From: the human T2T-CHM13v2.0 reference genome, Homo sapiens
Reading direction: 5' to 3' (one strand)
Length of the DNA stretch: 64,000 bases
NCBI RefSeq assembly: GCF_009914755.1
Contig: NC_060935.1
Of this stretch, positions 25,882-40,849 are shown one piece after another. The position numbers and the translations under genes are program-made. Each line of letters opens with the position of its first letter. Position 1 is the stretch's first letter. The notes under the pieces were generated by a model that saw nothing but the letters and a program-made list of their open reading frames with translations, ran no database searches and was not told the origin of the DNA.

Positions 25882-28800
25882 GGTGTTTTTGGTAGTGCTG
25901 TTAATAGGAAGCAGGATGTAAGTCTTTGAAGAGCTTGAGTCTGGAGATCAGGGGACCTGGGCTCCGTTCCCAGCTCATCTTTTACTTGCTGTGTTATCTT
26001 GGGTAAGTTATAGCCCTTCTTGGGCTACAAAACTATATTATCTTGCATTTGCTGCACTTGGCTTTTGTAAGTGAGGCACATGTGATGCCACAGTGGACGG
26101 CTGCAGGGTTTTATTCAGGGGAAGGACTCCTGGGGGCCTGGCTTATTCTCCTGCAGCCTAGGAAGGAAGGAAGGCTGTAGTGTGGGCAGGTCCCAGCTGC
26201 TGCCCTAAAGCATTGCAGAGACTGAATGGCAGAGCTGCTCCCCTACAACTCTACTCTATCAGGCCAAAATACAGGCAACTACATGTAACGTACCCGTTAC
26301 GAAATACAATTATATAGATTAGATTACAGACCTTTATTATCTTTTTACTTTCCCCTATTTTCCAAATCTACAGTGAGCCCATATTTTTTTATGCTCAAGA
26401 AAAAACCCATTCATACAATGAAGCTATAAAAAACATACCACACATATTTGAACAAAAATGTATTATATGAACTTGGGATCATATTGAAGTTCTTTTTGTG
26501 AATAAATCATATTTTTTTCGAAGGAGGGATGGGATGTTGGTTTGAAGTGAATATCAATTTGACAAGCCTCAGAAGACTTGGAGGGAGTGCCTATGGTAGG
26601 AGCGTCCATTGTCCGCAGCCGCCCAGGCTGGGAGACAAGAGTTAGATATGAATAGGAGTGTAATCCGCCTTCCCATGCGGTGGGCACACCCTGAGCGTTG
26701 GGTGGTGTGTAGAAAGCTTTTGAACAGTAGTTGAGATCAAGTTCCTTAATGACCATTCTGAGCCTCAGTTTCCTCATCTGTGAAATAGGGATGGGCTGCT
26801 GTGAGGGTTAAATGAGCTAAACACATATTGAATATGGAGCTCTAAATGGAAGCCGGTGGAAGAAGGTGGCTTTACATCTGGGGTCCAGAGGGCTTGCTGA
26901 CTGGCCTGTCCTGGACCTGGCAGAGTTACCCGTCCCGCCACAGGACGTGCTGGACAGGAGGCAGCCTCCTGCAGGACCAGGTAGCAGGAGCAGAGAACAG
27001 CCCAGACAGAACTCTCCCTGCGGGCAATTTGGCTCTGCGAGGGGCGGGGCCCCACTGAGTCTGCCCTATGTGTCTCTAAGACGAACCAATCATAAGCCTC
27101 CCAGGGCGTGGCGTGAAGCGGGGATTTGGTAGGGGAGCGCAGAGCGAGGCCTGAGGTGTTTCCCTGGCAGAGGTCCCTCCACTGGGAAACAAACGGAGAG
27201 GGGAGTATGTGTTCCCACGTGTACACATAAACCGTTTTGAATGATACCTGGTATGACGTAAGCACTCAATAAATGTTTGTTGTTGCTGATAATAACAATT
27301 GGTAAATTATACTAGTACAGTTGGAAAACCACCTCCCACTCACTGTCTTAAAAGGTGGAATATAAGAATGCTTTTGCAGTGGGACCTATGAGACATCATC
27401 GTATATAGAGGAAATAGAAACTTGGCAGGGGAGGTTTGATTTATCTGAGGTCATGGAGCAAGTGGGTGTCTAGGCCTTGAGTCACCTTTGGACATGTAGA
27501 TAGCCCACCTCCCTGACCCCTGGCCTTTCTGAACACACAGCAGTGGAGTAACTGAGGCAGGGAGGATGTGTCCTCTACTCTGAACTAGTCACTTATTTTC
27601 CATCCGAAAGCCCCTCTTATCTGCTTTCTCTGCCCCACACCCTCTCCTGGCATGGTTGAGCAAGTCTCCTTGTTTGCCAGGAGACGGTATGGCATGGCAC
27701 TGTGGTTCTCAAAATGTGTGCCTATCAGGAATCCCTAACCATCCCTGCAAGTTGCAGTCAGGGAAACACTGGGGCTGTGCCTACAGCTTGGGGTTCTAGC
27801 TTCTCAGGCATTGATGTCAGCCAGGCCTAGCTATGGGCACAGTGTCTGTTCACCTCTGGGCAAGTTTCTTGGCCTCTCAGAGTCTTGGTTTTTATGAGGA
27901 TTAAATGAGATAATGCTGGTAAAATGCTTCGTGGCAGGCCCAGGGAAGAGTGCACCCTCAATGAAGCCAGAGGTTAAGGGTGGTGATGATGAGCAAAGGC
28001 TGCTCCTGTCATTACTTCTGGGGAAATGATAGGGAGTCTTCCTGTCCGAAGGCTGAGGTCCCTGATCTGGAGTGAGGGAGCTTTCCGGGGTTGCTTGAAG
28101 CTCTGCTGGGGGGTCAGCAGAAGACTTAGATTCTCTGTAGTCTTGGTCCCCAGACTATCTGAACCCAGCCTTGAGCTGGGTGCTCTTGGCATAGAGTTGA
28201 GGGCAAAGTTGAGGGCTTACGTCTAGAGTCACAGGATCTTGGTGTTGTGAGAAGCTCTGTGGTCCATCCAGTCAACCTACCTGCCCAGTCTGATCCCATG
28301 GACCACATCCAGCCTTTGCTCGCACACCTCAAGGCTTGGAAAGCTCATGATTTTTTATTTCTGGAAAGAACTGACTCTTAGAAAATAGGGGATAGAATCT
28401 GAGCAAACCCACCCACCCTTGGCTTCCCCATTTTGATCCTGATCTTGCTTGTTGGAATTACACACAATGTGGAAACACCCTGGTGGGACCAAATCTTGTA
28501 GCAGAAGACCCCAGGCCAGCGATTCTGACATAGGAAGGAGATTTTTCTTTTAAAAACTTTATCTAAACCAAATGGCTACCCCAAAAAACCCCCCAAACTT
28601 TCTGATTATTGAAGAAAGAGGGTTTTTTTTGTGTGTGTGGAAAAATTCAGGCGGTAAAGAACAGACCTGCAGGAGGAAATAACTGCTCAGAGATAACTGC
28701 CGTGAGCAGTTTGGTGTTTTGGCCTTAAAGACACACACATACAAGATTGGGATTGTACCACACAAACCACTTCCTGCACTGCCACTTTTGACTGAGTGCT

Positions 28801-29454
28801 GTATAGGGAGGGTTTTCCCATGTGATTGAGCATTCTTCTCCAGCAAGTTTCCCAGCTCTGTAGTATTGCACCATAGGAATCTTCTGTGACCTGGTTAAGC
28901 ATTCCCCAGCCATTGCACATTTAGGCCCTTTGAATTTTTCATTAGTATCCACATTGCTATAATGATCGCCTTGTCCCTATGTATATTTTGTACTCAACTC
29001 TAATGAGCTCCATGGAATGAATTTCTAGAAGTGGCTTTCCAGCTCAGATGGTTTTTAAACTCAAGGTCAGAGGACCAGAATCTCCCACCATAACCAGTCT
29101 CCCAGTTTCGCTTCAGCCCTACTGGTGGGGGAGCGTTCTGTCTGTCCCTGGTGCTAGTTGGCCTACCCACAGGAGGAGGAGGAGCAGGCTTTTAGGGTAT
29201 GTGTATCTGTGAAAGAGAAGGAGATGGAGAAAGGCAGATAGATATAGGGGAGTGTTTTCTCTTCAATTACAGTCTGATTTTGACCCTCTCCTCTCTGGGA
29301 GCCTGTGGTGTCATTAACTAATCATGGGCTCTCTTTACTATTTAATGACCTCTCCCCACAGTGACTCCTTCCTCCCCAACAGTCTCCTGGAAAGGAGGAG
29401 GTGGGAAGATGAGTCAGTGGGGGAAAGTTTCTCCAGAGTAGGTGGTGGGTGTTG

Positions 29455-29638
29455 CAGTGGTTCTCAAACTCTGACATGCATCAGTCCCTTGGATGGCTTA
29501 TGAAAGCACAGATTGCTTGGCCCCACCCCCAGGTTTCTGATTCTGTGGGTCTGGGGTACTGCCTGAGAATGTGCATTGCTAACACGTTCCCAGGGGACGC
29601 TGCATCTGCTGGCCCTGGACCACACTTTGGGTACCAGT
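29455..29638. mobile_element. MER5A
   Basis: cagtggttctcaaact...gcatcag...ggaccacactttg. Confidence 0.8.
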
Positions 29639-32600
29639 AAAGTAGTGGGATGGGGCAGGGTGGGGTTCTGTGGTGAGTTTCAGCTCCTGGTGTTGCTGAC
29701 AGTAGGAACCTTGTCCTGTTTAATAAAGGCTCATCTTGTGAGGCCTGAACTCACCTTCCCCTCCTACCCCCACCTCACCACCCCTTCTCCCATGTGTCCT
29801 TTGTATATATTGGGAACTTTCTGTGCAGGAGGACAAGAGGATTATCAGCATCCCCGTTTTACGGAAAAGAAAATTGAGTCTCTGACAAGTGACATGCTGT
29901 GTCTAAGGATGTTGAAAGTAGGAGGGCTAGTACTGGAACCCTGGCGCTGTCACGTTCCCCACCTTGACTTCTCCAGTGCAGGTCTGGTGCGGAAGCAGAG
30001 ATGCCTTCCCTGAACACTGCACCGGCCCCAAGTGAGAGGCCTGGGGAGGCAGATTCCTCCACACCATCTCTGCGCTAGGATCTTGCTCCACTTCTTATCC
30101 CCTGACTGACACTTCAGTAACGTGATCTTCTTCCAAGGTCTAGTGTTCTCCAGCAGTTTATGTTCCCAGTTATTGTTCTGGGCAGGTTTTCTAGGAAGCC
30201 AGGAACTTTCTCCTGTCAAGCCTGGGCTTCGTCTGGCAGGCACAACAGAGGGAAAAGAGAAAAGCCTCAGTTGTTGAGCATCTAATGTGTACCAGGCCCT
30301 GTCCTGGACACTTTGCAGCCATAATGTCAGGTCAGCCACCCCAGGTAGGGGTTAACATCAGGTCCCATTGTACAGATGAGGAAACTGAGGGTCCAGGAGG
30401 TAAAACAACTTACCCAAGTTCACAGAACTGAAAGGGGCAGAGCTGGGCTTTTGATTTCAAACTCAAGGCTGGGGTCTGGTCTGGGATGGCAGCAGGTCCT
30501 GTTCTGGAGGGAGCCGGGATGTGGAGTAAGCAGCCTCTGCCCCACCCGCCATCCACGCAGAGACGGTCAGCCCAAGGGTCAAAGCTCTCTTGGGATTCAG
30601 GGTCTTGCAGTGGGAGGGCACTGGCTGGTCACCGGGAGACCCCTTTCAAATCCTGCTCTGCTGCTGCCTGGCTGTGTGGCCTGGGGGCAAGTCACTGCCC
30701 AGTTTGGGACATCTGAGTCCTCCTTTCTCATAATGATCCCTTATGCTTTACAGCTCTTGGCAGTGGACGTTTTCTCATGTACTTATTCTCCGTCCCTCAA
30801 GCCTTCCAGCACCCTGTGAAATAGGGCGGGCATTATTACTAAGCCCATTTTCACAGAGGATGAGGATGACAGGGCAGGGAGTTGCCCAGGATCCCGTGGG
30901 CGATTGAGGGATGGTACAAGAGCTAAGACTGGAACCTGGGTTGTCTTTGCTGCCCATCTTGAGCCCAGCCCCTAAGACGGGAGAACTCTTTCTCTCTATT
31001 CTCAGCCTTAGGATGAAGGATCCCAGAGCTCTTAGCTGGGCTGGTGGGTCCTGGGTACAAGGGGCCCAGGATCCCAGGAAGGGCTGGCCTGGGATCTTCG
31101 CTGTTGGCCAAGAACCCATGGGGAGGCAAGATAGGGTAGTCCAGGCTGTCTCTGTTTCTGACTCCTGCCCAGGCCTTGCACGTGAGGTCCTTGGTGCTGT
31201 GGGGAAGGAGGGGTTCAGCCCAGGTTTTCCTCCCAGCTCGGCTGCTTGCTTCTCCTGGGAACTGTGCTTGTCCTCTAAAATGTATCATGCAGAATTTTCC
31301 AGACTCTCACACATGGGTGCCTGGGCCCTGCAGTTTCACCTGAATGCCATCACTTCCTCCTGTCTTCCTCATTCTTCTACACCTGGCTCCAGCCACCTTC
31401 TTCCCTCAGGGAAGACTTGCTCCTCTGGCCAAGCCGACTCAACTCTCTCGGGTTCTGTGCAGTGGGTGAACTGGCTGACCGGGTTGGTTAACTCCCCAGT
31501 GAGGCATGAGAGCAGGGCCTGTGGCTGGTGTGGGTCCAAGCCCCTGCAGGGTCTGGCAGGGCATGCAGCTGAGTCTATGCATGCTAGGGAAAGGTTAGCC
31601 TCAGACCTGTAACTCTCAGGCTTGTGACTTTCAGCAAGTCACTTATCTTCTCTGAACCCTGGTTTCCTTCGTCGAAAAGTAAGGAAGCTACTTTCCTCGT
31701 TGATAGCTTCTGATACTTTTAGGAGATAAAGTGCAAAACATCTAGCACTGGTGCCTGGGGGTTCATGGTACTCAGGAAATGCCAGTCCCTCATCTTCCCT
31801 GCAGTGGGCTCAGGCTATGTTCTGCCTCCACCTACCCCAACCCGCTTGAGTAGGGCGCCGGGTTGGGCCTTGGCCTAAGGCCTGAACTATAGGTAGCTCT
31901 AGGTAGGGGGTGTCCTCGGCGGATAATGGGCCAAGGACTGGGCACAGGGACAGAATCAGCTGATTTAATCAGACTCTGCCAGTTCCAACTTGTGACCCTC
32001 CCTGGGCACGTTACTAACCCCCCTGAGCCTCAATTTCCAGATCTGTAGAAAGAGATACTCTGTCTCCTGTGTTCTCAGGATCACACATGATCGGCAAACA
32101 GGAGACCAGGGGATGGGGCCCAGGCGACCTGAGGGCGGCCTCCCAGGAGGCTTGGGTCAGGCCAGTGGCTGCTTATTTACATATCAATTTTCCTACTGGG
32201 GAACAAATAGTCCCCTTTTCCTCTGGACACCCAGAGGCTCTCCAGGCCCATATCTCTTAGTGCAGTGCCTGGTTTGCTGGGTCGCCCAGGGAAGGAGGCA
32301 GCCTCTCTCTGAGCTCCTATATTCCTGTGGGAAGAGAGCCAGGGAGCCAGCCCAGGTGTGAGGCCCTGCCTGGTTCTGTCTGAGACCACGATGGTGTTGC
32401 CACATGTCCCATGCCTGGCCCCTGGGGACAGACCCCTTCCTATAGCGCCTAGCACCTTTCCTTCTCACCTCTGTCTGTACATCTATACACCCCCCTTCCA
32501 GCTCCATGTGGCCCAGGGCCTTCTCACGGCAATAATGATCACCACACTTCCCTTTATTGTGTGTTTTGCTACTCAAACCACACACCTCCCTCTAGGACAG

Positions 32601-34461
32601 GAATGAACCGTTACTACTCAGAGAGGGGAACTCGCCCAAGGCCCACAGCTGGACTCACTATCCTCTCTGCCTGCCCCAGCTCTCAGTGGATGTCAAATTC
32701 TTGGCTAAATCCATCAGCAATGGAAAGTTGGTTGGCCCTGGGAAGAGGAGAGGCCGGCGGATGGCTAGGTCCAGGACTGGACCAGGGGGGATGGGGTCCC
32801 AGATTTCCACCCTGCATTAGGAGCTGGCATAGGGACTGTCCCCACTGCACAGATAGGTAAGCTGAGGTTTGGGGAAGGGGAGTGATTGATCACAGCCTAG
32901 AGCTGGCTGGGCTCATTCCCCTTCTCTCTTCCTCCCCATGGCCCTGAGTTGCTCTAGTGGAGGGGATTGGATGGGGCTGTTTGGGACCCAGATGTTCATT
33001 TTGTCTTAGCCGCTGCCAGCTGAGGTCAGGTCCCTTCTGTCTGCCTCAGCTTCCTTAGGGGGCTCAGAATGGCTGGACCAGAGCACTGCAGTGCCCTTTC
33101 TCATCATAAAGACCTGGCCAGCAGCCTGCTCAGGAATCACATTTGGTGGGGTAACAGGCTTTTTCCCAGGGCACAGTGCCGCCACTCCTAGAATATGGGG
33201 GAGGCCAAGGCTGAGAAAAATGTGCTGGGGAAGGGTCATTGTTAATGGGAGGTAGAGAGGGGGCAGGGTGGGTGAGGCTAGAGGGTGGGCCCATTCCTTC
33301 GGAGGTCACAGGGGAGGCAGGACATGCAGGGCAACCTCTGGGGTGGCCCCAGAGCAGGAGCTGGGAAGCTGGCCTGGCTCCAGGGGTGGGTGTGGGATCC
33401 TCCTGGGTCAGCAGGGCCTGCACTTCCAGGCCGGCCTCACCGCAGGCTCCCCTAGACTTCCTGGTGAGACCTGACAGGGCCTCAGGGTCTGCAGGTTGGT
33501 GCTCCAGGGGACCAGAGGCTCCCTTCACCCTTGAGTCTATCTGTGTCTTAGTCTCTCTGTCCCGGCCTCTCTCACTCCCTGCTCTGTACCTTGCTCTGCC
33601 CAAGCCCCTCAGCAATCTCAGAGGAGAGGCCCAGGGAGCCCTGGGGAGGGAGCCCTGACAGGCCCGGTTTCCTTTTGTTACCAGTGTTCCTGCCAGAGCT
33701 GCCAAGTGTCTGGGCTGGTTAAATGGCCGCTTCCCTGCCTGGGAACCAGGGGCCCTCTGTGGGAAGCACAGCCCCTTTATTCCCAGCTTGGCAGGCCCAG
33801 ATCTCCGCAGTAGACCATGGAAGTGGGTCTCTCAGGGCCACCCCTTGCAGGAGCTGGGCTCCCGTCATGGAGAGGGCTCAGTACGCTGGAGACTGGGGCC
33901 TGTGGGCTGGGTGAGGTTGCCTCAGACACTCTGGGTATTCCAAGGCTCTCAGGATGTTAAAGGGTGAGACTTGGATGATCACAGAAACAGGGAGTGACAA
34001 GGAAGAGGGGATGGCTCCAGGGAGCCACAGACAGAGATAGGGACCCTCACAGAAGGGAAGAGACAGGTGAGGGAGAAGAACTTCAGAGAGGGCTGAGGCC
34101 CCACAGAGCCCTGCCCTGCCCTCTCCTTCTCACCTGGGCTGAGCTGCCTTCAGCTAGCTCTCAGCCAAGAAGACTCCCCACCCCCAAGTTCTTGTAGTTA
34201 GAGACCTGCTTCTACCCTCCACACCGGCCCATCTCTCTGTGTTTTCACCCAAGGATCTATGGAGACAGAGTCCCTGTACCTATGTGCATCACTTTGCCTT
34301 CACTCTGTCTCACTTACTCCTCTCTCTGCCCATCAAATACTCCTAAAGGCCTGCAGAGTACTGAGAACTATAGCCTTGGGAGGCAGGAAGGATTAGCCCA
34401 TTGGACAGATGAAGGAACTGATGCTCGGAAAAGTTAAATGACAGTTAGGAAAGGGTAGACA

Positions 34462-34793
<332 letters not shown>

Positions 34794-37700
34794 CTAAATT
34801 CTCGTGATGAGATAATTAGGGCTGCCATATGGTGTTGCCTGAAAGTCTGTGCTGGAGAATGTTTTGGAAAGGCTGCCTCGAGGATGTGGCATTTCAGCAG
34901 CCCTGTCTCTACCTTCCTGAGCTCAGTGCCTGGGGAGGGGAAGGCATGATGTGACAAAAGGTTTGCCTGTTGCCATGTGGGGTCCCTGATTAGAGTCCCC
35001 CTCCCTCTCTCTAATCACCCTACTCAGGGCCCACACCCTTTTGTTAGCCACCTACTCCAGCTGGCTAGGCTCTGGGATCAGTGTGCAAGCTGGTCACTGG
35101 TGCCTAATGTCACCCCAGAGTGTCTTCAGTTGGTTGGGTTTGGAAGCTGGGCCCTAAAACCCAATTAATCTAGGCTGGGCCTTGGTGGGGTAATTTTCAT
35201 TACCTGTCATTTACAACTTTGTTTCTGCAGGCAGCATGGTGTGACAGTAAAGCTCAGGGGCTCTGGGAGGGTCAGATGTTGGGGTTCAACTCTCTGCCCA
35301 ACCAGCAAGGTGACCTTGGGCAAGGCCCTTGACCACCCTGAGTCTCAGTTTCTGCAGTTGTACAATGGGGTGATGAGCAGTGGCTTATCTCATAGGATCA
35401 TTGCAGGGATAAACTGAGCCACGTGAAGGACTTGGCACAATGTCTAGCTAGTAATCATGCAAACATGTTTGCGTTTGTCATTGTTAAACACTTGAGTCTG
35501 TGTTCTAGAGAGCCCCTTTTGTCCTTCAGAGGGAGATGCAGTCAGCAGGCTGCTTTGTATAATTGCTCATGTTCATGTCTGAGCCTCTCCAGACTGGGTG
35601 CTCCCTGAGGGCAGGGATGGGTTGGAGTCATCTGTTTCCTGTTTCACTCCAGCTCCGGGCCAACCTGGAGTGGGGATTCGGTGAACTGCAGTGGATGGTG
35701 GCTCAGGACAGAAACTGAGCGCAGAAGGGCCACTTGGGAGGCCCCTGGGAGGGCAGCCCCTCAGGCCCTCTGGATCATGAGCTGTGTATTCTAGGAGGAG
35801 AGGGTGCGGTTCCCTATGAGGTCCCCTCTGAGGGCTAGACCTGGTTCCATGTGCTGCTGTTCCATCTCGGCCCTCTGTGTCCACCTTCTTCATGGCTGGC
35901 TGGTGGAGGGAGAGAATTCTGAAATGCTGTGTGTTTGCTAAACCTGCAGGTGCCTGGCCCCACCCCCGGATGCTCTGATTTCACAGTCCTGGGACCAAGG
36001 CTTTGCCCCTTTAACACCTGGCTGCAGTGACCACCCTCTCTGCCTTGAGATTGCCTTGGTGGCGGGAAGTAATGGCACAAAGTCAGTAGGATATTGAACT
36101 CCAAAGTCAGAGAGTCTTGAGGGCAGAGCTCAGCTGCACCACTGTCCCCCCTGTGTGACCAGGGCCAGTGCCGCCACCCTCCTGAATCCCAGTGATCCTT
36201 CCTGGGGTTTGGGGGCTGAATGAGATAAGATCAGTGAAGCAACACTCCCATTGTGGATGCTCTCATGAATGTTCCTTTTGCTCCTAGGTCTTTCCTCTGC
36301 CCAACCTCATTTCAAGTTCTTGGGTGGTGGTGACCTCCCTGGGGCAGTCTGCAGGAATCCTGTGTCCATCCCATGCCTCAAGGGACAATCTTTCTGCAAC
36401 TTCCTTGCTCTGGGACCTAACAGGACCTATTCCCAGAATCCTCTGCCTCTGTCATGCTTACAGCCTTGGGTTTGGCACGCTGATTCTGGTTTCCTCTTGG
36501 AGGGTCCTAGATAGTCTGTTTTACAGATGAGAACACTGAGGCTCAATGCAGGTAGGCAGCTTGCCAGAGGTCATGTGGATACTGAGAAATGAGATTTGGA
36601 ATTTAGATCTCTCTCAGGGCCCATACTATCATCTGCTTCATTATTCTGTCTCCAGTTGTGGCACTGGGAGAGGGCCTCAAAAGGTGGCTGACCCCTGAGA
36701 CCCCACCTGGGAATCCTGTTTTCAGGGCCTCTGGAATCTGGGGCTTCTTGCAACCTCTCTTTAGCTCCTAAATATCCCTCTAGGTTAGAGCTTTCCGATC
36801 AATGAGCTGTTGAGATGGTTATCTCTGGAGCCCTTGAGAACAGAGCCCTAGGCTAGTAACCTCAAGCCAGATGTAGTTCTATCTGTCCATCCCAGTGTGC
36901 TGAACAAATAGGTATACTTCTCAACGTGTATCATGATGCCAAACAGGCTGGGAAACACTGACTGCCCTACCCAATCCCCTCCCTATCCCCCAACATACAC
37001 AATGAACTTGTGCATTCCCCAGAAGGGGTGGGGGTAGGGGTTCATTTTCTTCTCTGGGCATCAGTCTTCATCTGAGAAGTGTGGGCTGAGCTAGTGATGT
37101 CAAAGGCCATTCCGGCACTGTGAATCTGAGTGTGAGTCTTGGCACCTAGCATTGGGAGGGAGTGGGGGCTGTCTGGGGCCCAAGCAGCTGGCTAAGAAGC
37201 CAAAAACAGTCAAGCAAGGGAGCTGTGGAAAGCAAGAGGTCAGAGGCTATGGCTCAGCCTCAGCTTGATTCTTTGGCTGCATGGGGTCCAGGCAGGAATG
37301 CTGGAGGGCTCCAGGTATCTGCTGGTTCCCACTCTGCACCCTCCTGTCAGAGAAGCCCCTTTCTTTATCTAAAGGCCCTCCAGTCTCATTGCTAGGGTTT
37401 CAAAGCAAAACCTCCTGAGAAGGGCCACATCTGTCAGTCTCATCAGCCAAACTGAAGGAATGTCCCAGTCAGGATTAGGTGGAGCTGCTCTTTTCCTTCC
37501 TGAAAGGAAGCTGAGAGTCAGGCCTCAGGGATCTGGGGTAGGGTCAGGGGATCAGGCAGCAGGCGGCAGAGGTGTGGAAGGGTGGGACGGTGGGCTGCAG
37601 CATTTACCTTGTTCATTTGGGCAGCAGGTGAAGATGAAAGAGCTTTCAGCTCTCTAAAATCAGATCTGAATTTTAATCATAGCTTAGCCACTTGTGTGGC

Positions 37701-38303
37701 CTTAGGCAAGTCACTGAACCTCTGAGTCTCAGTCCCTCTATCTGTTAAATGGGGATAATAATCTCTCAATAATCTCTCGTTTAATAATAATCCAGGGTGT
37801 TGTGGAGATTGCATGGGATACAGTGGGTAATGGCATAATATTCAGGGATGGCTGCTGGCCTGTGTTGCTCTTGGACCCCTGGCCTCCTTTCCCCAAGTGT
37901 CAGCTGTCAATCCCAGCTCTCTCAGGAGAGAGGGAGCCTGTCTCACTGGTTCATGGGATCCTGTGACAGGGGACTCTTCCTTAATCTCTAAGACAAACAG
38001 GGAGGCACTTTGGGCTCTGAAATCCTGTGATTCCTGGGAAGGTCTGATTTGGATGTGTTTCTTCCCACCTTGGTGGTGGTGGTAGTGGCGGGATCTCCTC
38101 ACTTTGTGGTGAGGAGCTGACAGTGACCCCAAAGCTCCTTCCATGTCATTTTCTGCTCCTCCAACAATCCCATGAGATGGGGATCCCACCAGCATCTTGC
38201 TGTTAGAGGTGGGAATGTTGGGGCTCAGAGGGGTTTAGTAACTCACTTGCTCAAGCTCACACAGCTAGGAGGAAGCAGAGCTGGGACTGAAGCCTAGGAT
38301 TCT

Positions 38304-38605
<302 letters not shown>

Positions 38606-40460
38606 AAACCCTAGGTCTTAAAGGAAACCTGAGGCCCTCGTCCTGCTTATGCTCACTCTTCTCCTGTCACCCAGAGTAGCAGCTATTTTTTTTTTTCTGG
38701 TGGGTGGGGGTTAATATCAACAATAAGAGTAAGACCAGAGATTGAAAAATAAGATAGTGAGAGGTCAAAAAGCCAGGCCCTGGTCCTGGTGTCAGCAGGG
38801 ATTTCAGGAAACACATCACCTGTCAAACATGAAAACAAACACAGCCGTCTGTGCCCAGCCTCTTCCCGTGGGTGATCAGGACAAAGTCCAGAGGACCAGA
38901 GAGCTGGTGGCCAAGAACCAGCTTGCAGGTGGAGTGCCTGCAGATGGGCTGGCATCCAGGGCACAATAGCCCGGCCAGGCTTTCTCACTCCACTTTCTGC
39001 CCGACTGGGCAGACCGAGCTCCCACGGGATCGGATGCCCAACTCACCAAACTGGCTGGACCTCTGAGTCTCAAGCAGTTCCCAGTGGCACAGCCTGGAGG
39101 CTAGAGGCAGAGGCTCCTCCTTCCTTAGGCAGCCCAGCCTGGTCCTACTTCTCCCCCAGCCCCTTACCCAGGAGCAGCAGTGGTCATCTTCTGGCACGGA
39201 GCCTCTCCAGGATGGGCACATGGCTAGAGACTGGATCAGGCCTCAGAGGGCTTCAGACTGTTGGTCAGGAAAGCAACAACTTTTCCAGATCATCATCATC
39301 ATCATCATAGTTGGTAACATTTATCTGACATTTACTGGGTGCCAGGAACTTTATAGATACAAACTCTTTAAGCCTGACCACAACCCATTATTAAGTTCAT
39401 TTTACAGGTGGGAAAGCTGAGGCACAGTGGTAAGGTGATCACCCAAGGCTACACTGCTGGCAAGGTGTGGCAGATGTGGCATCTTTATGCAGGAAGAGTG
39501 GGAGGAGAGGGCCAGGCACCAGCATAGATTGTGCCCTACTATGCACTAGCCTGATGGCGATTCATCTTCATGCCTGCGGTAGGTGGGCGGGGTTGGCATC
39601 CCCATCTGTGGATAAGGGAGCAGCTCTGCAGTGTTTCCCAAGGTCATGTGGCAGATACCCGGCAGAGCCAGGGGTGGGAGCCAAGGGCCGGCTCTGTGAT
39701 TCTGAGTCCAGTACTTCTTATCCCTCCCATGTGGGAGCCCCAGTGTGCAGGGACAGGGCCACAGGTAGAGAAAGGAGCTCCAGACTGGGAATCTTAAGGT
39801 CTCCACTTCATGCTTAGCCCAAGCTGCCTGTGCCACCTGCCATCTCTTGCTCTCTCTGCCTCCTCTGAAAAACGCAGTGATCTCAAAGTTCTTCTCATGC
39901 ACAGTGATATTGCTCTGGGGTAACAGACTGGAGTAGAAGGAGCCTTGAGGCAGTCCAGGTTGAAAGATGGTGCAGGGAGCTTCATGTGACACTTTTTCGG
40001 ATGCCAGAGTGCCAGGCAGATTCTCCCTGGCCAGGCGCTGCTGTACCAGAAACCCCAGGCCTGCCTGCACCCCACTGAGGAGCAGAGGGGCTGGCCTGTG
40101 TGAGGGATGGAGCCATGGCAGTGGGTCTCAATACACTGGAACCCCCTGGAGAACTGAAGAAACCCTGATGCCCAGGCTGCACCCCAGAACAACTCATCAG
40201 GGTCTCTGGCAGTGGGGGCCGGGCATCAACAACTTTCAGAACTCCTAGGGTAATTCCTGTGTGCAGCCAAGGCTGGGGACCACCACTCTAGGGCATTTAG
40301 GAGATGGGGGCAGAAAAAACCTTGGCCCTCAGGTAGGCTTTCCAGGGCCTGTGACCTCCTGAAACTGGAAGGAAGTATGTGCCTGCCCGTCTGTGTGCAT
40401 CTTTCTAGGGAGAGTTCACAGCTTCTGTCAGCTTTTCTGACCCAAAGGAGATTAAAATCC

Positions 40461-40690
40461 TTACTTGAACCCAGGCATTTGAGACAAGTCTGGGCAATAA
40501 AGTGAGACCCCATTTCTACAAAATAATCAGCCAGGCATCGTGGCGTGTACCTGTGGTCCCAACTCTATGGGAGGCTGAGGCAGGAGGATCACTTAAGCCC
40601 AGGAGGTTGAGGCTGCAGTGAGCTGTGTTTACACCATTGCACTCCAGCCTTGGTGACAGAGCAGAGTGAGGTCCTGTCTCAACAAATATA
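40461..40690 (+). mobile_element. 5'-truncated AluJ
   Basis: Right-arm J features ggaggatcacttaagcccaggaggttgaggctgcagtgagc. Confidence 0.88.
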
Positions 40691-40849
40691 TACATTTTAA
40701 AAAATCCTGTCTTAGGAGGAAGCAACCCATCTCTACCCCAATCCAGCGATATCATTCTAAGGATCAGAAACCTCCAGCTGCAGGATCAATTCTGGTCTAA
40801 GAAATCTTTCCTGATCTCTCTAGACCTCCCTTTTCTCTCCTGCTTCCTA

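Noticed and set aside
30911-31612. 233-aa intronic ORF
   Set aside because: It has no recognisable domain, begins in MIR-like sequence and has a composition typical of GC-rich non-coding DNA.
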